A stretch of 64,000 nt of DNA from contig CAVTUQ010000026.1 of the NCBI GenBank assembly GCA_963737905.1, positions 32,001 to 96,000 on the forward strand. Reading direction: 5' to 3'. The stretch is from an uncultured delta proteobacterium. Its GTDB lineage: Bacteria > Desulfobacterota > Binatia > UBA9968. The number at the start of each line of letters is the position of its first letter. The stretch's first letter is position 1. The notes below the pieces were generated by a model. That model was not told where the DNA came from. It ran no database searches and worked only from the letters and a program-made list of their open reading frames with translations. Of this stretch, positions 10,066 through 20,464 are shown in pieces. Both the position numbers and the translations under genes were made by a program.

Positions 10066-10861
10066 ATGAAGTGGCTATCGAGGTTTATTGTTTTTGCAGT
10101 CGCGTCTGGTACCGGAGTAGGGGCTCAAGACGTCCCTTCACAGGCTCGGGTAGAACTCGCGCCTACAGGCAAGCTTAGGGTTGCTCTCTTGCCGCTACCG
10201 CATATCGCCGTCCGCGATAAAGATACGGGAGACTTCAAGGGAGTAGTCGTCGATCTCAGTCGGGAACTGGCCAAACGGCTCAACGTGCCGGTCGAGTTCG
10301 TGACGGTGAACTCGAATATGGTTGCCGTCGATCAGGTCAAGAATGGCCAGGCGGATTTTACCTTCCTGGTTGGCTTACCGGCGCTGGCTAGCTCAAATCG
10401 ACTTTGGGGCGGCCTACATCGAATATGAGACGAGCTTTCTCGTGCCAGCAAACTCTCCGATTCGCGGAGTGGACGACATCGATCTTCCGGGATTCCGAAT
10501 CATTGTACCTGAGAATGGCGTAGCCGAGGCGAAGCTCAGCCAAACACTCAAGAACGTCAAACTCATTGGCGCGCCGATCGCGATTGGTTCTGCGAACCGG
10601 GTGGTCGAAATGCTCAAGAACGGCGAGGCGGACGCCTACAGTAATCTCACTCACCTGCTCTCGCTCACGCAAACTGAGCTGCCAGGTTGGCGTATTGTGC
10701 CTGGAAGCTACATGATGACGGTGTTTTCAATAGGCTATCCAAAAGGTAGGCCGGCCGGCGCTACCTACGCGAATCAATTCATCGAAGAAATGAAAAAGAG
10801 CGGCTTCATTCAGCAGGCGATTGAGCGGGCCAATCTCAAGGGTGCGGTGGTGCCCAAATAA
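10066..10861 (+). CDS. Polar amino-acid-type solute-binding protein (SBP family 3), one frameshift near 10385
   Basis: Signal peptide, ELAPTGKLRV, GVVVDLSRELAKRL, FIEEMKKSGFIQQAIER across two overlapping ORFs. Confidence 0.8.
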
Positions 10862-10906
10862 CGTATTGCTTTACACGGATTTTGCCGTGTATTTAGCAGA
10901 TACCCG

Positions 10907-10963
10907 GCCCAACCGTTGGGCGGAGACGGACGCTCGACGCGTCGCTCACCCAAAACGTCAGGC
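10907..10963 (+). mobile_element. Degenerate integron attC-like site (57 bp)
   Basis: R'' GCCCAAC, imperfect inverted repeat with extrahelical bases, R' GTCAGGC (one mismatch to GTTRRRY). Confidence 0.5.
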
Positions 10964-11031
10964 GTCATAGCTCAGCTTATGAGGCTAGTATTGGTCAAGC
11001 AGTGGTCCACAATGTCACGGAGGCAAAACGC

Positions 11032-11478
11032 ATGTCTACACAAGGGTATGTGCTAGGCCCCACTGAGGGCGAACATCTCATTCGGAATGCTGGAAGCTAT
11101 ATTATCAAGGTAGACCCCAGCAGGGGTTCAAACAACATGGCCCTGGGAACACAGCAGGTGCCGATCCGCACCGGCATCCAAGTCCATCAGCATCAAGAAG
11201 CAGATGAAGTGCTTTTCGTTCTGGAAGGCACCGGTTTTGGCATATTGGACGATTCACGCATGCCAGTCGAAAAAGGTTCGGCAATTTATATCCCTAAGGG
11301 TGTTTGGCATGGACTTGAGAATCCCGACAGAGAACTATCGCTGCTTTGGGTCGTGGCACCACCGGGACTCGAAACGTTTTTTCGTGAGGTAAGCAGCGCT
11401 CCTGGAGCACCGCCCAAGCAACTTAATCGCGAACAATTGAACGAAATTGCCCAGAAACACGGAATTCAGTTGAAGTAA
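11032..11478 (+). CDS. Cupin domain protein, putative gene cassette between two attC-like sites
   Basis: HQHQEADEVLFV and IPKGVWHG; GGAGG RBS. Confidence 0.85.
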   Translation: MSTQGYVLGPTEGEHLIRNAGSYIIKVDPSRGSNNMALGTQQVPIRTGIQVHQHQEADEVLFVLEGTGFGILDDSRMPVEKGSAIYIPKGVWHGLENPDRELSLLWVVAPPGLETFFREVSSAPGAPPKQLNREQLNEIAQKHGIQLK

Positions 11479-11576
11479 CGAGAAGTCGGCCAAGGTGGGT
11501 AAAGTTGCCCCAAGGCATTGCCACCACCTACGCGTACATGAGTCGAGGCTAACAACCATACGGGTGAACGGAGCTC

Positions 11577-11658
11577 GCTGAACAAGGCCATGCATCGGAC
11601 GTTTCAACAGCGATCCTTCGCACAGCTGTTACCCAGCGGCTGATGGCCGGCGTTAGAC
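11577..11658 (+). mobile_element. Integron attC-like site (82 bp)
   Basis: GCTGAAC-aaggccatgcatcgg...aacagc/gctgtt...cggctgatggccggc-GTTAGAC, with an extra G in the L'' box. Confidence 0.6.
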
Positions 11659-11717
11659 CGCCTGAGCTACGCCGGAGCCGATAAACATGGCTTGATTGAC
11701 AATCCAACGGAGAGCTT

Positions 11718-12482
11718 ATGTTCGAAGTCGCGGAAGCCTATGAGCGGCAGAGAGGGCGATCAAGCAAGATATTGGCGCCGTTGTTCGTCGATTTTGCCGG
11801 TGTCCGAGGCGAGGTGCTCGACGTCGGTTGCGGCACGGGCGCGCTTACGTTCGCGATTGCGCAGCATGAGGCGGTGTCGAAGATCGTCGGCCTGGACTTG
11901 TCCGAGGCGTTTCTCGCTTACGCGCGGTCGAAGAGTGACGATCCGCGAATTCATTTCGAGCAAGGAGATGCTCAGGCGTTGCCATACCCACATGGTTTTT
12001 TCGATTGCTGTCTGGGATTACTCGTCATGAGCTTTATCCCGGACGCATCCAAGGCCGCCAGTGAAATGCGCCGTGTGACCCGACCGGGCGGAGTGGTCGC
12101 TACAGCAATGTGGGACACCACCGGGGGAAACCAGTTGAATGACGCGCTAACTGAGGCTGCAACTGTCATTGATCCCGAAGCTAAACTGCTCAGTGGCACT
12201 CATGGCACTATAGAGGAACTTTTATCTTTATGGACCTCTGCCGGCCTCACAAATATCGAAGTGAACGGTATCGTGTTCCCCTGCGGCTTCGACTCCTTCG
12301 ACGGTTATTGGCAACCACTTACCGAAGGCCAGGGACCTGCCGGCGTTTATCTTCGTCGGGTTGCGGAAGATCAGCGAAGCGCATTGCGCGAGCGGCTGCG
12401 GCAGAATATTTTTGGCGACCGCATTGACGGGCCATTTACACTTCAGGCCAAAGCGTGGGCGGTTAAAGGAATCGTGCCTTGA
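11718..12482 (+). CDS. Class I SAM-dependent methyltransferase
   Basis: VLDVGCGTG, GDAQALPY, EMRRVTRPGG, AKAWAVKG. Confidence 0.9.
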   Translation: MFEVAEAYERQRGRSSKILAPLFVDFAGVRGEVLDVGCGTGALTFAIAQHEAVSKIVGLDLSEAFLAYARSKSDDPRIHFEQGDAQALPYPHGFFDCCLGLLVMSFIPDASKAASEMRRVTRPGGVVATAMWDTTGGNQLNDALTEAATVIDPEAKLLSGTHGTIEELLSLWTSAGLTNIEVNGIVFPCGFDSFDGYWQPLTEGQGPAGVYLRRVAEDQRSALRERLRQNIFGDRIDGPFTLQAKAWAVKGIVP

Positions 12483-12510
12483 TACGCAGGGCGTAACAAA
12501 CGGAGGTCGT

Positions 12511-13349
12511 ATGGCGGACACTCTCACACCTAAAAAATGGGGACGCAAAGAGAGCGCTGATTGGTGGAGCGCTGGGCAAGCGCGGCGTCAGCAAATCTAT
12601 GGAGCTGCAACTGAGATGATGCTTGAAGTGGCCGGTGTCCAACCGGGCAGCCGAGTGCTGGACGTTGCCGCGGGTACAGGTGATCAACGCTCATGGTGGC
12701 TCGACGCGTCGGACCAACAGGCAATGTACTGGCCACAGACGATTCCGCCAGCATGCTAAAGGTTGCTGCCGAGGCGGCGCGCAAAGAGGGCCTCACGAAC
12801 GTCGAAACCCGCGTAATGAACGCTGAGAATATTGAGCTCGACTCGGACTCGTTTGACGCGGTGATATGTCGGATTGCTCTGATGCTATTTCCGAACCCAG
12901 GGAAAGCGCTAACCGAGATGCGCCGCGTAGTGAAGCCTGGAGGCAAAGTCGCAGTGATGGTGTATTCCGCCGTAGAAAGAAATCCGCACCATGGGATTCC
13001 CTTCGCAATTATTCGCCGCTTAGGAAACATACCCCCTCCAGCGCCAGGAGAACCCTGGATGTACGCCCTTGGGGAGTCAGGGGCGCTTGAAGACGTCTAC
13101 AGTCGGGCCGGTTTTCTGAAAGTGTCGGTTCACGCCGTTCCTATACAGCGACGTTTGCCATCCGCTGCTGACGCTGTTAGAAACATGAGAAATTCTGCAG
13201 GTGATATTAGCGAACTCATGAGCCGACTGAATGACGCTGATCGTGAGCTGGCTTGGGCAGAAATTGAACAGTCAATGCGCCAGTTTGAGGGACCGAACGG
13301 CTTTGAGGCGCCGGGCGAGGTGCTGATTGGGGTCGGGACGAAGCAGTAG
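12511..13349 (+). CDS. Class I SAM-dependent methyltransferase (UbiE-like), frameshift near 12688
   Basis: RVLDVAAGTGDQ continues as VARRVGPTG..FDAVICR..VVKPGGK; GGAGG RBS. Confidence 0.85.
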
Positions 13350-13486
13350 GAGTGGAGAACGGAGATAATCCAATTAGCTATCCATTGCGATAGCGCCGTC
13401 GAGCACAGGAAAAGGGTCCAGAGGTCTATTGCATACACGTGTGTTGGTTGCGGTCCGCGAAGAATTTTTGACGAGCGGAGGACAAC

Positions 13487-13933
13487 ATGTCGATTGCATC
13501 CCATAAAGCAATCGTGCGTCGCTACTTTGAGGAAGCCCTCGATAAGAGAAGGCTGGATGTTCTTGACGAAATCGTTGCGAGAGATTGCATCATACATCGA
13601 CCGGAGGCTCCGGAACCGATCCGAGGACTCGAAGCGTTCAGGCTCACGCTCGAAAGGATTCTCCAGGTGTATAGCGAATTCAAAACAAACATCCACGATT
13701 TAATCGCCGAGGAAGATCGCGTCGTATGTAGATTGAGCCACCAGGCGGTGAATCGGGGAGAATGGAAGAGTCGTGTCGGAACCCACGCGGTGGCGGGAAA
13801 GACGGTTACCTGGCCAGCAATCGCAATTTTTCGACTTCACGATGGCAAGATTGCGGAAGAATGGGTTAGTCGGGACGAGCTTGGCATGCTGATCAAGCTC
13901 GGGGTCTTGATATCTAGCGAGAAGTCAAAGTGA
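13487..13933 (+). CDS. SnoaL-like ester cyclase / NTF2-fold protein
   Basis: KAIVRRYFEE, DLIAEEDRVV, FRLHDGKIAEEW. Confidence 0.88.
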   Translation: MSIASHKAIVRRYFEEALDKRRLDVLDEIVARDCIIHRPEAPEPIRGLEAFRLTLERILQVYSEFKTNIHDLIAEEDRVVCRLSHQAVNRGEWKSRVGTHAVAGKTVTWPAIAIFRLHDGKIAEEWVSRDELGMLIKLGVLISSEKSK

Positions 13934-14090
13934 TTAAATGACCCTGTTAAGGACTGATTCTTTCGCGGACCAACACAAGCGAGCAAAACCGTTTCGGCGG
14001 GGTACGAAAGGAAAAAGTATCAAAGACCATTTTTTCGGGGTTCAAGAGTGCGCGAATATCAATGTAGCGGCGAGCGGGGAGGAAAATCCG

Positions 14091-14857
14091 ATGGATTTGG
14101 GATTACAGGGAAAGGTGGCGATTGTGACGGGGTCCAGCGACGGGATCGGCTACGCATCGGCGCATGCTCTGGCGAAAGAAGGAGTCCGTGTTGTGTTGTG
14201 CGCCAGACGGGAGGCTCCTCTCGCCAAGGCTCGGGAAACCGTTGCGATGGAGACTGGCGCCGAGGTGCTCGCGGTGCCGTGCGACGTGCAACAGCTTCCC
14301 GACGTTCAGCGACTGGTCAGAGAAACCATGGAGAGCTTCGGCGCCATTCATATATTGGTTAACAACGCCGGCAGCGTTCCGAGCATGCAATTCGCCGAGG
14401 TGGACGATGCGCAGTGGCATCAGATGCTGGAGGGAAAGCTGCTCAATTATATCCGCGTCACGCGCGAGGCCGGCTGGGGAAGAATCGTCAATATCGCGGG
14501 TGGTGGCGGAAGGCAGCCGACCGCCACGGGGATGGCGGTCGGTGTCAATAATGCGGCAGTAATCAATGGACCAAGTCCCTGTCGTTACAGTATGCGGCGG
14601 ACGGCATTCTGGTGACGACCATCGCGCCCGGCAAGATTGACACGCCGCGCCAAATTCGAAACCGTGAGCGAGAGGCAGAGATACGAGGTATGAATCTCGA
14701 GGTACTCCAGGAGGACGGTGTGCGTGATATCCCGCTAAAGCGAGTCGGCCGCCCGGAGGAGGTGGCGAGCGTGGTAGTTTTCCTGGCATCGGAGAGGTCG
14801 AGTTACATGACCGGCACCTGTGTGACGGTGGACGGCGGCTCCACGCGCGCGATATGA
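14091..14857 (+). pseudogene. Short-chain dehydrogenase/reductase, frameshift near 14567 and probable short internal deletion
   Basis: TGSSDGIG, LVNNAG, GRIVNI, then PGKIDT, GRPEEVA and SYMTG..VDGG in another frame. Confidence 0.85.
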
Positions 14858-14879
14858 CGCCGAGAATTCCGAGGGGATC

Positions 14880-15380
14880 ATGGTAAACGGAAATGTCGTT
14901 GCAATATTTGTCTCGCCCATTGCCGGCGGGAAAATGGAAGAGGTGGAAATAGCGGAAGCCATTGCCGGCGCCGGTCTCGGGGGAGACCGTTACTCGAAGG
15001 GCGAGGGTAGCTTCAATCGAAAACAGCCGGGAAGGCGGCAAGTGACTCTTATCAATTCCGTTTTCTTTCAAAGCAGTGGCTTTGAATATGTCGAGAGCCG
15101 CCGCAATATTGTGACCCAGGGCATCGAACTGATGTGGCTCATTGGCCGCGAGTTTCAAATTGGGAAGGCGCGTTTCCGCGGACAGCACTACTGTGATCCC
15201 TGTTTGCGGCCTACTCGCCTCTCCGGCAAGACGGAGAAGTTCTTGGAAGCGTTCAGCGATCGCGGCGGTCTTGTGGCAGAGATCATCGAAAACGGCACGA
15301 TAAGAAAAGGCGATCCTATCAGCCTCAAAGCGCTAGCGGAGGATGCCTACTATTACCGAAATCGCGAGGCAGATAAATAA
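14880..15380 (+). CDS. MOSC domain protein
   Basis: GLGGDRY, RQVTLI, RRNIVTQGI, CDPC, DRGGL, GTIRKGD. Confidence 0.9.
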   Translation: MVNGNVVAIFVSPIAGGKMEEVEIAEAIAGAGLGGDRYSKGEGSFNRKQPGRRQVTLINSVFFQSSGFEYVESRRNIVTQGIELMWLIGREFQIGKARFRGQHYCDPCLRPTRLSGKTEKFLEAFSDRGGLVAEIIENGTIRKGDPISLKALAEDAYYYRNREADK

Positions 15381-15400
15381 GAATCTGAGACACCGATTAC

Positions 15401-15603
15401 TATTATGGTATACCTTACGAGGTGCAAGCCACTCGGAACGGTCTCTGCGCGGGGTCGCCGGAACAGTGTATCGGATGGCTCAACGCGTTTATTGCCGCCG
15501 GCGCACAGACGATCGTGGTCCGATTCGGGAGTCCGGATCAGACTGGACAACCGGTGCGATTCGCCAGTGGGGTTTGCCACACCTGCGGACAGGTTGAGAG
15601 TGA
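15401..15603 (+). pseudogene. 3' remnant of an LLM oxidoreductase paralogous to 19517-20464
   Basis: Shares gaggtgcaagccactcggaacggtctctgcgc and flanks with about 20267-20460. Confidence 0.85.
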
Positions 15604-15706
15604 GGTCTGTGAATTTCAATGCAAGCCTCAACATCTCCGACGGAGCCTTGTTGGCTGTTTTTGACGAGGGAAAGTTGAGCAATGCTGAAATCAAACGAGG
15701 CTTTCT

Positions 15707-16627
15707 ATGGTCCATGTCACGAGGCTTAAACTGATTCAATTCAGGGCAGGTTATAATCTTCCCGTCCACGCCGGCCGGGAGAAGGGGATCTTCGAACGGT
15801 ATGGTCTCGACGTCGAAATAACCTATACGCCGGGCTCGCTGTACACTAGCGAAGCACTGCGCAAAGGGGAATTCGAGATCGGCCACACGGGAGCTGATGA
15901 TATCGTCGCCGATGTGGAGGATTTCGGCGGCGGCCCCTCGGGTCTGTTTATTTTCATGGGACTTCATAGTGGCCTTCTGAGCATCGTTGGAGCACCAGGT
16001 ATCGCGACGGTCGAGTCGCTTCGCGGCAAAGAACTGGCCGTCGACGCGCGCGCGAGCGGGTTTGTTTTTATTCTCGAAAAATTCCTGCGCACGAAGGGCC
16101 TTGGCCCCGACGATTACCGCTTCGTCGAGATCGGCGGCGTCGATAGGCGCTATCAAGCGCTGTTGGAAGGCAAGGTCGCCGGCACCTTGCTTTTGCCGCC
16201 TTTTGCGGGTAACGCCGTGGCGCGTGGCTGCCACGTGCTTGCGCGTGGGGATCAGATCGTTCCCTGCTATCAGGGAACTGTGGGAGCAGCGAAGCGCTCT
16301 TGGGCTGAAAAGAATCGGGATTCGCTGGTCAACTATATAAGCGCTTACGTCGAGGCGACAACGTGGTGTTTCGACATTCAAAATCGCGCGTCCTGTTTGG
16401 AGCTTCTGGCCAAACACAACGGCCTGCAAGGGAAAGCGGCGGACGAGACCTTGGATGCCGTGCTAGATTCAGACTACGGCATGTATCCAAAAGCGGAAGT
16501 GAATCTTCCCGGGGTAAAGTCCGTTCTCGAATTGCGCGCCGAGATGGGCTTTCTCAAGCAGCCGCTGCCGCCGGTCGAGAAGTATATCGATCTGTCTTAT
16601 TACGACCGGGCGGCGGGTAAGAGTTAA
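15707..16627 (+). CDS. NMT1/THI5/SsuA-like solute-binding-fold protein, no signal peptide
   Basis: KGIFERYGLDVEI, SLRGKELAVD, RYQALLEG, EKYIDLSY. Confidence 0.85.
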   Translation: MVHVTRLKLIQFRAGYNLPVHAGREKGIFERYGLDVEITYTPGSLYTSEALRKGEFEIGHTGADDIVADVEDFGGGPSGLFIFMGLHSGLLSIVGAPGIATVESLRGKELAVDARASGFVFILEKFLRTKGLGPDDYRFVEIGGVDRRYQALLEGKVAGTLLLPPFAGNAVARGCHVLARGDQIVPCYQGTVGAAKRSWAEKNRDSLVNYISAYVEATTWCFDIQNRASCLELLAKHNGLQGKAADETLDAVLDSDYGMYPKAEVNLPGVKSVLELRAEMGFLKQPLPPVEKYIDLSYYDRAAGKS

Positions 16628-16757
16628 AGTTGTTCCAGACGGGAAAAGAATTCGGATAAGAGTATCTGGCGCAAAGCATGTCCTGAGCAGCTTAGTCGAA
16701 GGGAACGTAAAGGACGCCAAGGTTCGGAGAAGTTAGGGATAGCACGGGGAAGAGGGC

Positions 16758-17675
16758 ATGCTTATAGCCGTTCCTGATTTTGTCTCGAGTACGTTTTTTC
16801 CATTGATCGCAGCGAAGGCGCTGGGAATCTTTGAGGAGGAAGGTCAGGAAGTGGAGATCGTGCATTCCAATGCACTCAAAGCTGTGGAAGCGCTGCGCAG
16901 CGGAACGGTGGATTTTTCTGCCGGTCCAGCGCATGCCCCGATGATGTTTTTTCCTGAGTGGCGTGGGGTGAAGCTCGTGGCGGCGGTATCGCAAGGCACA
17001 CCTTGGATGCTGGTCATGAAAACAGGTCTGGCAAAACGCGGTGAGATTGCCGCAGTTCAAGGCCGCCGCATTGCCGCGAATGGTGGTCCCGACCTTGTCT
17101 TCAAACATTTGCTTCGGGAAGTTGGCATCGATGTGGAGAGGGACAGAGTGGGCATTGGCCAGCTTCGAGGGGCAAACGAGCCCGGCATTTCCTTCGGCGT
17201 CACCGCCGCGAAGGCGCTTTCGGAAGGACGGGTGGATGGGATCTGGGCCAATGTGTTGGGGTGCGAAGTTGCGGTTCACTTGGGGGCCGGCTCCGTGGTG
17301 GTCGATACGAGGGTCGGCGACGGTCCAGCGGGAGCGCGGAATTATTCATTCATCGCCTTGGCCACGACGGAATCGAAGATCGAAACCGAGCCGGAGCGTA
17401 TCGAGTCCGTTATACGGGCGGTAGTTCGAGCGCAGTCCGTGATTCGACGTGATCCCGGACGCGCCGCAGAGGTAGCGCGGAAGTTGTTCCCGCCCGTCGA
17501 AGCCGAGCTCATGGACCGAATCCTTGTGCGTGACGCGATTTTCTATCGGCCGTCCATATCGAAAAATGCTATTGCCGAGATGAATCAATTTGTCACAGCG
17601 GCTGGCCTGCTCACGTCTCCGGTTCCCTACGAACAAGTGGTTGCCACCCGGTTTCAAAGCCTCTGGTCGGAGTAA
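16758..17675 (+). CDS. NMT1/THI5/SsuA-like solute-binding-fold protein, no signal peptide
   Basis: LGIFEEEGQEVEI, ALRSGTVDF, ALSEGRVDG, PVPYEQVV. Confidence 0.85.
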   Translation: MLIAVPDFVSSTFFPLIAAKALGIFEEEGQEVEIVHSNALKAVEALRSGTVDFSAGPAHAPMMFFPEWRGVKLVAAVSQGTPWMLVMKTGLAKRGEIAAVQGRRIAANGGPDLVFKHLLREVGIDVERDRVGIGQLRGANEPGISFGVTAAKALSEGRVDGIWANVLGCEVAVHLGAGSVVVDTRVGDGPAGARNYSFIALATTESKIETEPERIESVIRAVVRAQSVIRRDPGRAAEVARKLFPPVEAELMDRILVRDAIFYRPSISKNAIAEMNQFVTAAGLLTSPVPYEQVVATRFQSLWSE

Positions 17676-17742
17676 GATCACCGACGATTAGGCGTAGGAT
17701 GCTCGGACTCGCAGGGAAAGCGTTGCCGCTGGCTGGAAAAAG

Positions 17743-18027
17743 CTACGCTGCAATTTTTCGAACGCGAAGCTTCTTACGGCCCTGCTCGGCATGCCAGAGG
17801 TCATACTGGGTTTGCTGAGTAAGCCAACTTTCCGCGGATGTACCAAAAGCAATGGACAGACGCACCGCCATCTCGGGACTAATCCCGGCCCGACCATTCA
17901 GAATCGCCGATAACGTTTTGCGACTTACCCCCAGGGCTTTTGCTGTTTCGGTGATGCTTAGATTCAAGGGTTCGAGACATAGAGTTTTCAGAACTTCTCC
18001 CGGGTGGGGAGGATTATGCATGCGCAT
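17743..18027 (-). CDS. higA: HigA-family antitoxin (XRE HTH)
   Basis: [50 protein letters not shown]. Confidence 0.95.
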   Translation of the reverse strand: MRMHNPPHPGEVLKTLCLEPLNLSITETAKALGVSRKTLSAILNGRAGISPEMAVRLSIAFGTSAESWLTQQTQYDLWHAEQGRKKLRVRKIAA

Positions 18028-18035
18028 AGTGCACC

Positions 18036-18314
18036 TCAGTGATAGTCTTCGTAATCGACGTCATCGGCATCTTTCCCGACGAAAGTGAAGGTGATTCGCC
18101 AGTTTCCGCTAACCTTTACCGCACATGTGCCCTTACGATCGCCCTTGAGTGGGTGAAGATCCAGGCCGGGAAGGTTCATATCATTGGGAGTTATGGACAC
18201 ATTTAAACGGCCGAGAATGATCCGCAGCCGATCCGCATGCTGGGCCTGGATACCTGCTTTGCTTCCGGTGGCAAAGAACTGCTCAAGCCCTTTGTGCTTG
18301 AAGCCCCGGATCAT
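18036..18314 (-). CDS. higB: HigB (RelE/ParE-family) toxin
   Basis: [36 protein letters not shown]; lies upstream of higA. Confidence 0.95.
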   Translation of the reverse strand: MIRGFKHKGLEQFFATGSKAGIQAQHADRLRIILGRLNVSITPNDMNLPGLDLHPLKGDRKGTCAVKVSGNWRITFTFVGKDADDVDYEDYH

Positions 18315-18439
18315 GTCGGCCACTGTAACCTACCTGGTTACGCGGCGCAAGACGACGATTTCTGAGGCGTGCGGGAAAAGGGGTCCGGAGTCTTTTGCAT
18401 ACTCGCGTATTCTTGTGTCCGCATCGCACCGGAGGCCGG

Positions 18440-18510
18440 CTGAAATGGAAGTATTGAGCGCCGTCGCGATGCGCCAGGTTATGGAAAACCTCGGGCCGAA
18501 GTTTGAGCAG
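18440..18510 (+). pseudogene. Short N-terminal remnant of a ModA-like solute-binding protein
   Basis: AEMEVLSAVAMRQVMENLGPKFEQ resembles the start of mature molybdate-type SBPs. Confidence 0.45.
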
Positions 18511-18650
18511 AGCGACAATTGGAAAGGAAGCATGGCCGAGCGATTGAGCTCGACTTATGCTCTTTTGCGGGTCGCTTGGCGCCGCAGGAAAGCAGCGCCA
18601 AGAACGCGAACGATTCGCACGAGATAGTTATGGTTGGATAGAATGGCGGT

Positions 18651-19067
18651 TTACTCAACAGACAGAATTGCGATCCCAAGTGACGCTCGGAGCAGTTCGA
18701 AATCCGAAGTGTTTGTTGTAGCAACCGTTGCTCCGTGGCGCCGCGCAGTGAGCGCAATCAACGCGTCGTTTTGAAAATCTCGGCGCTTGTTTATGTCCCA
18801 GTGCTGCCTGTCACCGATGTGTCGCACGAGTCGGCCAGCCTCCCACCAGTCGGACACCGAGGGCTCCCATCGCACGGTGGCCAATTCGAAGAGCTTGGCG
18901 ACAAGTTGCTCGGCGTCACGGCCGCGAGCGCCGCGACGAAGTTCCGATAGGACCACTGCCGAATGGCGAATAATATACGCTCGCCTGAGATCATCGAGTG
19001 TGTCTTCGTATAACCCGCGCTCCCAGTGATCGATATAAACGCTGGTATCCAGAATGGCTACGGCCAA
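18651..19067 (-). CDS. vapC: PIN-domain (VapC-family) toxin
   Basis: ILDTSVYID, VVLSEL, DALIALTA, TTNTSDF. Confidence 0.9.
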   Translation of the reverse strand: MAVAILDTSVYIDHWERGLYEDTLDDLRRAYIIRHSAVVLSELRRGARGRDAEQLVAKLFELATVRWEPSVSDWWEAGRLVRHIGDRQHWDINKRRDFQNDALIALTARRHGATVATTNTSDFELLRASLGIAILSVE

Positions 19068-19068
19068 C

Positions 19069-19272
19069 CTAAGATTTCTCCACGCTTCCAGGCTTAAGCG
19101 AACGACGAGTTTTCTTCATGAACTCCCAAAATTTCTCCATTTCGGCCACGCGCTCGACCGATATACGAATGACCTCGGCCTCGGTCTTTACTCCAAGTGC
19201 TTTTTTCGCGCGGTCGAGCGCCCGCTCGTCAATGAAATAGGACTTGCGCTTCAATTTCGCCCTTCCTGCCAT
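19069..19272 (-). CDS. VapB-like ribbon-helix-helix antitoxin
   Basis: RKSYFIDERALDRAKKALGVKTEAEVI; immediately upstream of the PIN gene. Confidence 0.8.
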   Translation of the reverse strand: MAGRAKLKRKSYFIDERALDRAKKALGVKTEAEVIRISVERVAEMEKFWEFMKKTRRSLKPGSVEKS

Positions 19273-19516
19273 TTTTACCTCCAAACAAGCACCGGCGGAT
19301 GTGCATACATAATAAACAATTCAGGCATATGTCTCAAGTTCTGGCTTCGGCAATCAATTTCCTCGGCGGACCCCCAAATCTTTGCAGGGAAAGAGCTGGA
19401 AGAGAGGTAGGGGATCAGTTCAGTTATTGAAATTCGTAAGCGTCTTGGAATATGGTGCCACGGCAATCTGATCGTGGCCGAGATCGCTCAATTAACATTT
19501 GAGAGGAGACAAGCAC

Positions 19517-20464
19517 ATGACCGCTTTTGGACTCCTACTGCCGACACGGGAAATCGTCATGAACCAAGAGATCCCTGACTTTGGTCAGATTGTTGATCTG
19601 GCGGAGCAAGCAGAAGCGTTGGGATTCGACTCCGTCTGGGTGGGCGACAGCATCCTCGCCCGTCCGCGATTCGAGGCGTTGACCACACTGGCCGCCATCG
19701 CGGCGCGAACTCAGCGGGTACGATTGGGGACTGCCGTGCTCCTCCCCGTGCTCCGTCAACCGGTCGTGCTAGCCAATCAGGTCGCGAATCTCGACCTTGT
19801 TGCCAATGGGCGGCTCATCCTCGGTGTCGGTATCGCCGGCAATAACGCTTCCGTCGCCGCGGAATTCGCCGCTTGCGGGGTGCCGATCGCCCGCCGCATC
19901 GGAATGTTCGAAGAAACCCTCACGCTCATGCGCCGGTTGTGGACTGAACCAGAGGTGACGTTTCAGGGGCGCTATTTTAAGGTCCAGTCGGTGCGGCTGG
20001 GCCTGCGTCCTCTCCAACCGTCGGGTGTCCCGCTTTGGCTCGCTGGGAGTGGGGATAACGCGCTCCGGCGGGTGCTGCGGCTGGGAGATGGCTGGTTGCC
20101 CATTTCCTCGCCCCAGGCCTTTACAGCGGATTGGGAGCGTCTCAAGGTCTTAGGGCAAGAAATGGGACGCGACGCCCGGGACCTCCACCGCTGTTTGTAT
20201 ACCACGCTCAACGTTAATCCCGATGTCGCCCAAGCGCAGCGCGAGCTGCGCGCGTTCATTGAAAGCTATTACGGGATACCCTATGAGGTGCAAGCCACTC
20301 GGAACGGTCTCTGCGCAGGGTCGCCGGAACAGTGCAGTGCGTGGCTTCAGGCGTTTATTCACGCCGGCGCGCAGACGATCGTGATTCGGTTCGGCAGCCC
20401 CGATCAAAACGGACAACTGATGCGATTTGCCGAGGAGGTTCTGCCACACTTCCGGCCAGGATGA
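19517..20464 (+). CDS. LLM-class flavin-dependent oxidoreductase
   Basis: AEALGFDSVWVGD, RVRLGTAV, GRLILGVG, PLWLAG, LGDGW. Confidence 0.92.
   Translation: MTAFGLLLPTREIVMNQEIPDFGQIVDLAEQAEALGFDSVWVGDSILARPRFEALTTLAAIAARTQRVRLGTAVLLPVLRQPVVLANQVANLDLVANGRLILGVGIAGNNASVAAEFAACGVPIARRIGMFEETLTLMRRLWTEPEVTFQGRYFKVQSVRLGLRPLQPSGVPLWLAGSGDNALRRVLRLGDGWLPISSPQAFTADWERLKVLGQEMGRDARDLHRCLYTTLNVNPDVAQAQRELRAFIESYYGIPYEVQATRNGLCAGSPEQCSAWLQAFIHAGAQTIVIRFGSPDQNGQLMRFAEEVLPHFRPG

Noticed and set aside
3651-14857. Secondary-metabolite biosynthetic cluster (methyltransferases, SnoaL, FMO, SDR)
   Set aside because: No scaffold synthase or precursor peptide is seen, and the genes are separated by scars and attC-like sites, indicating a mosaic.
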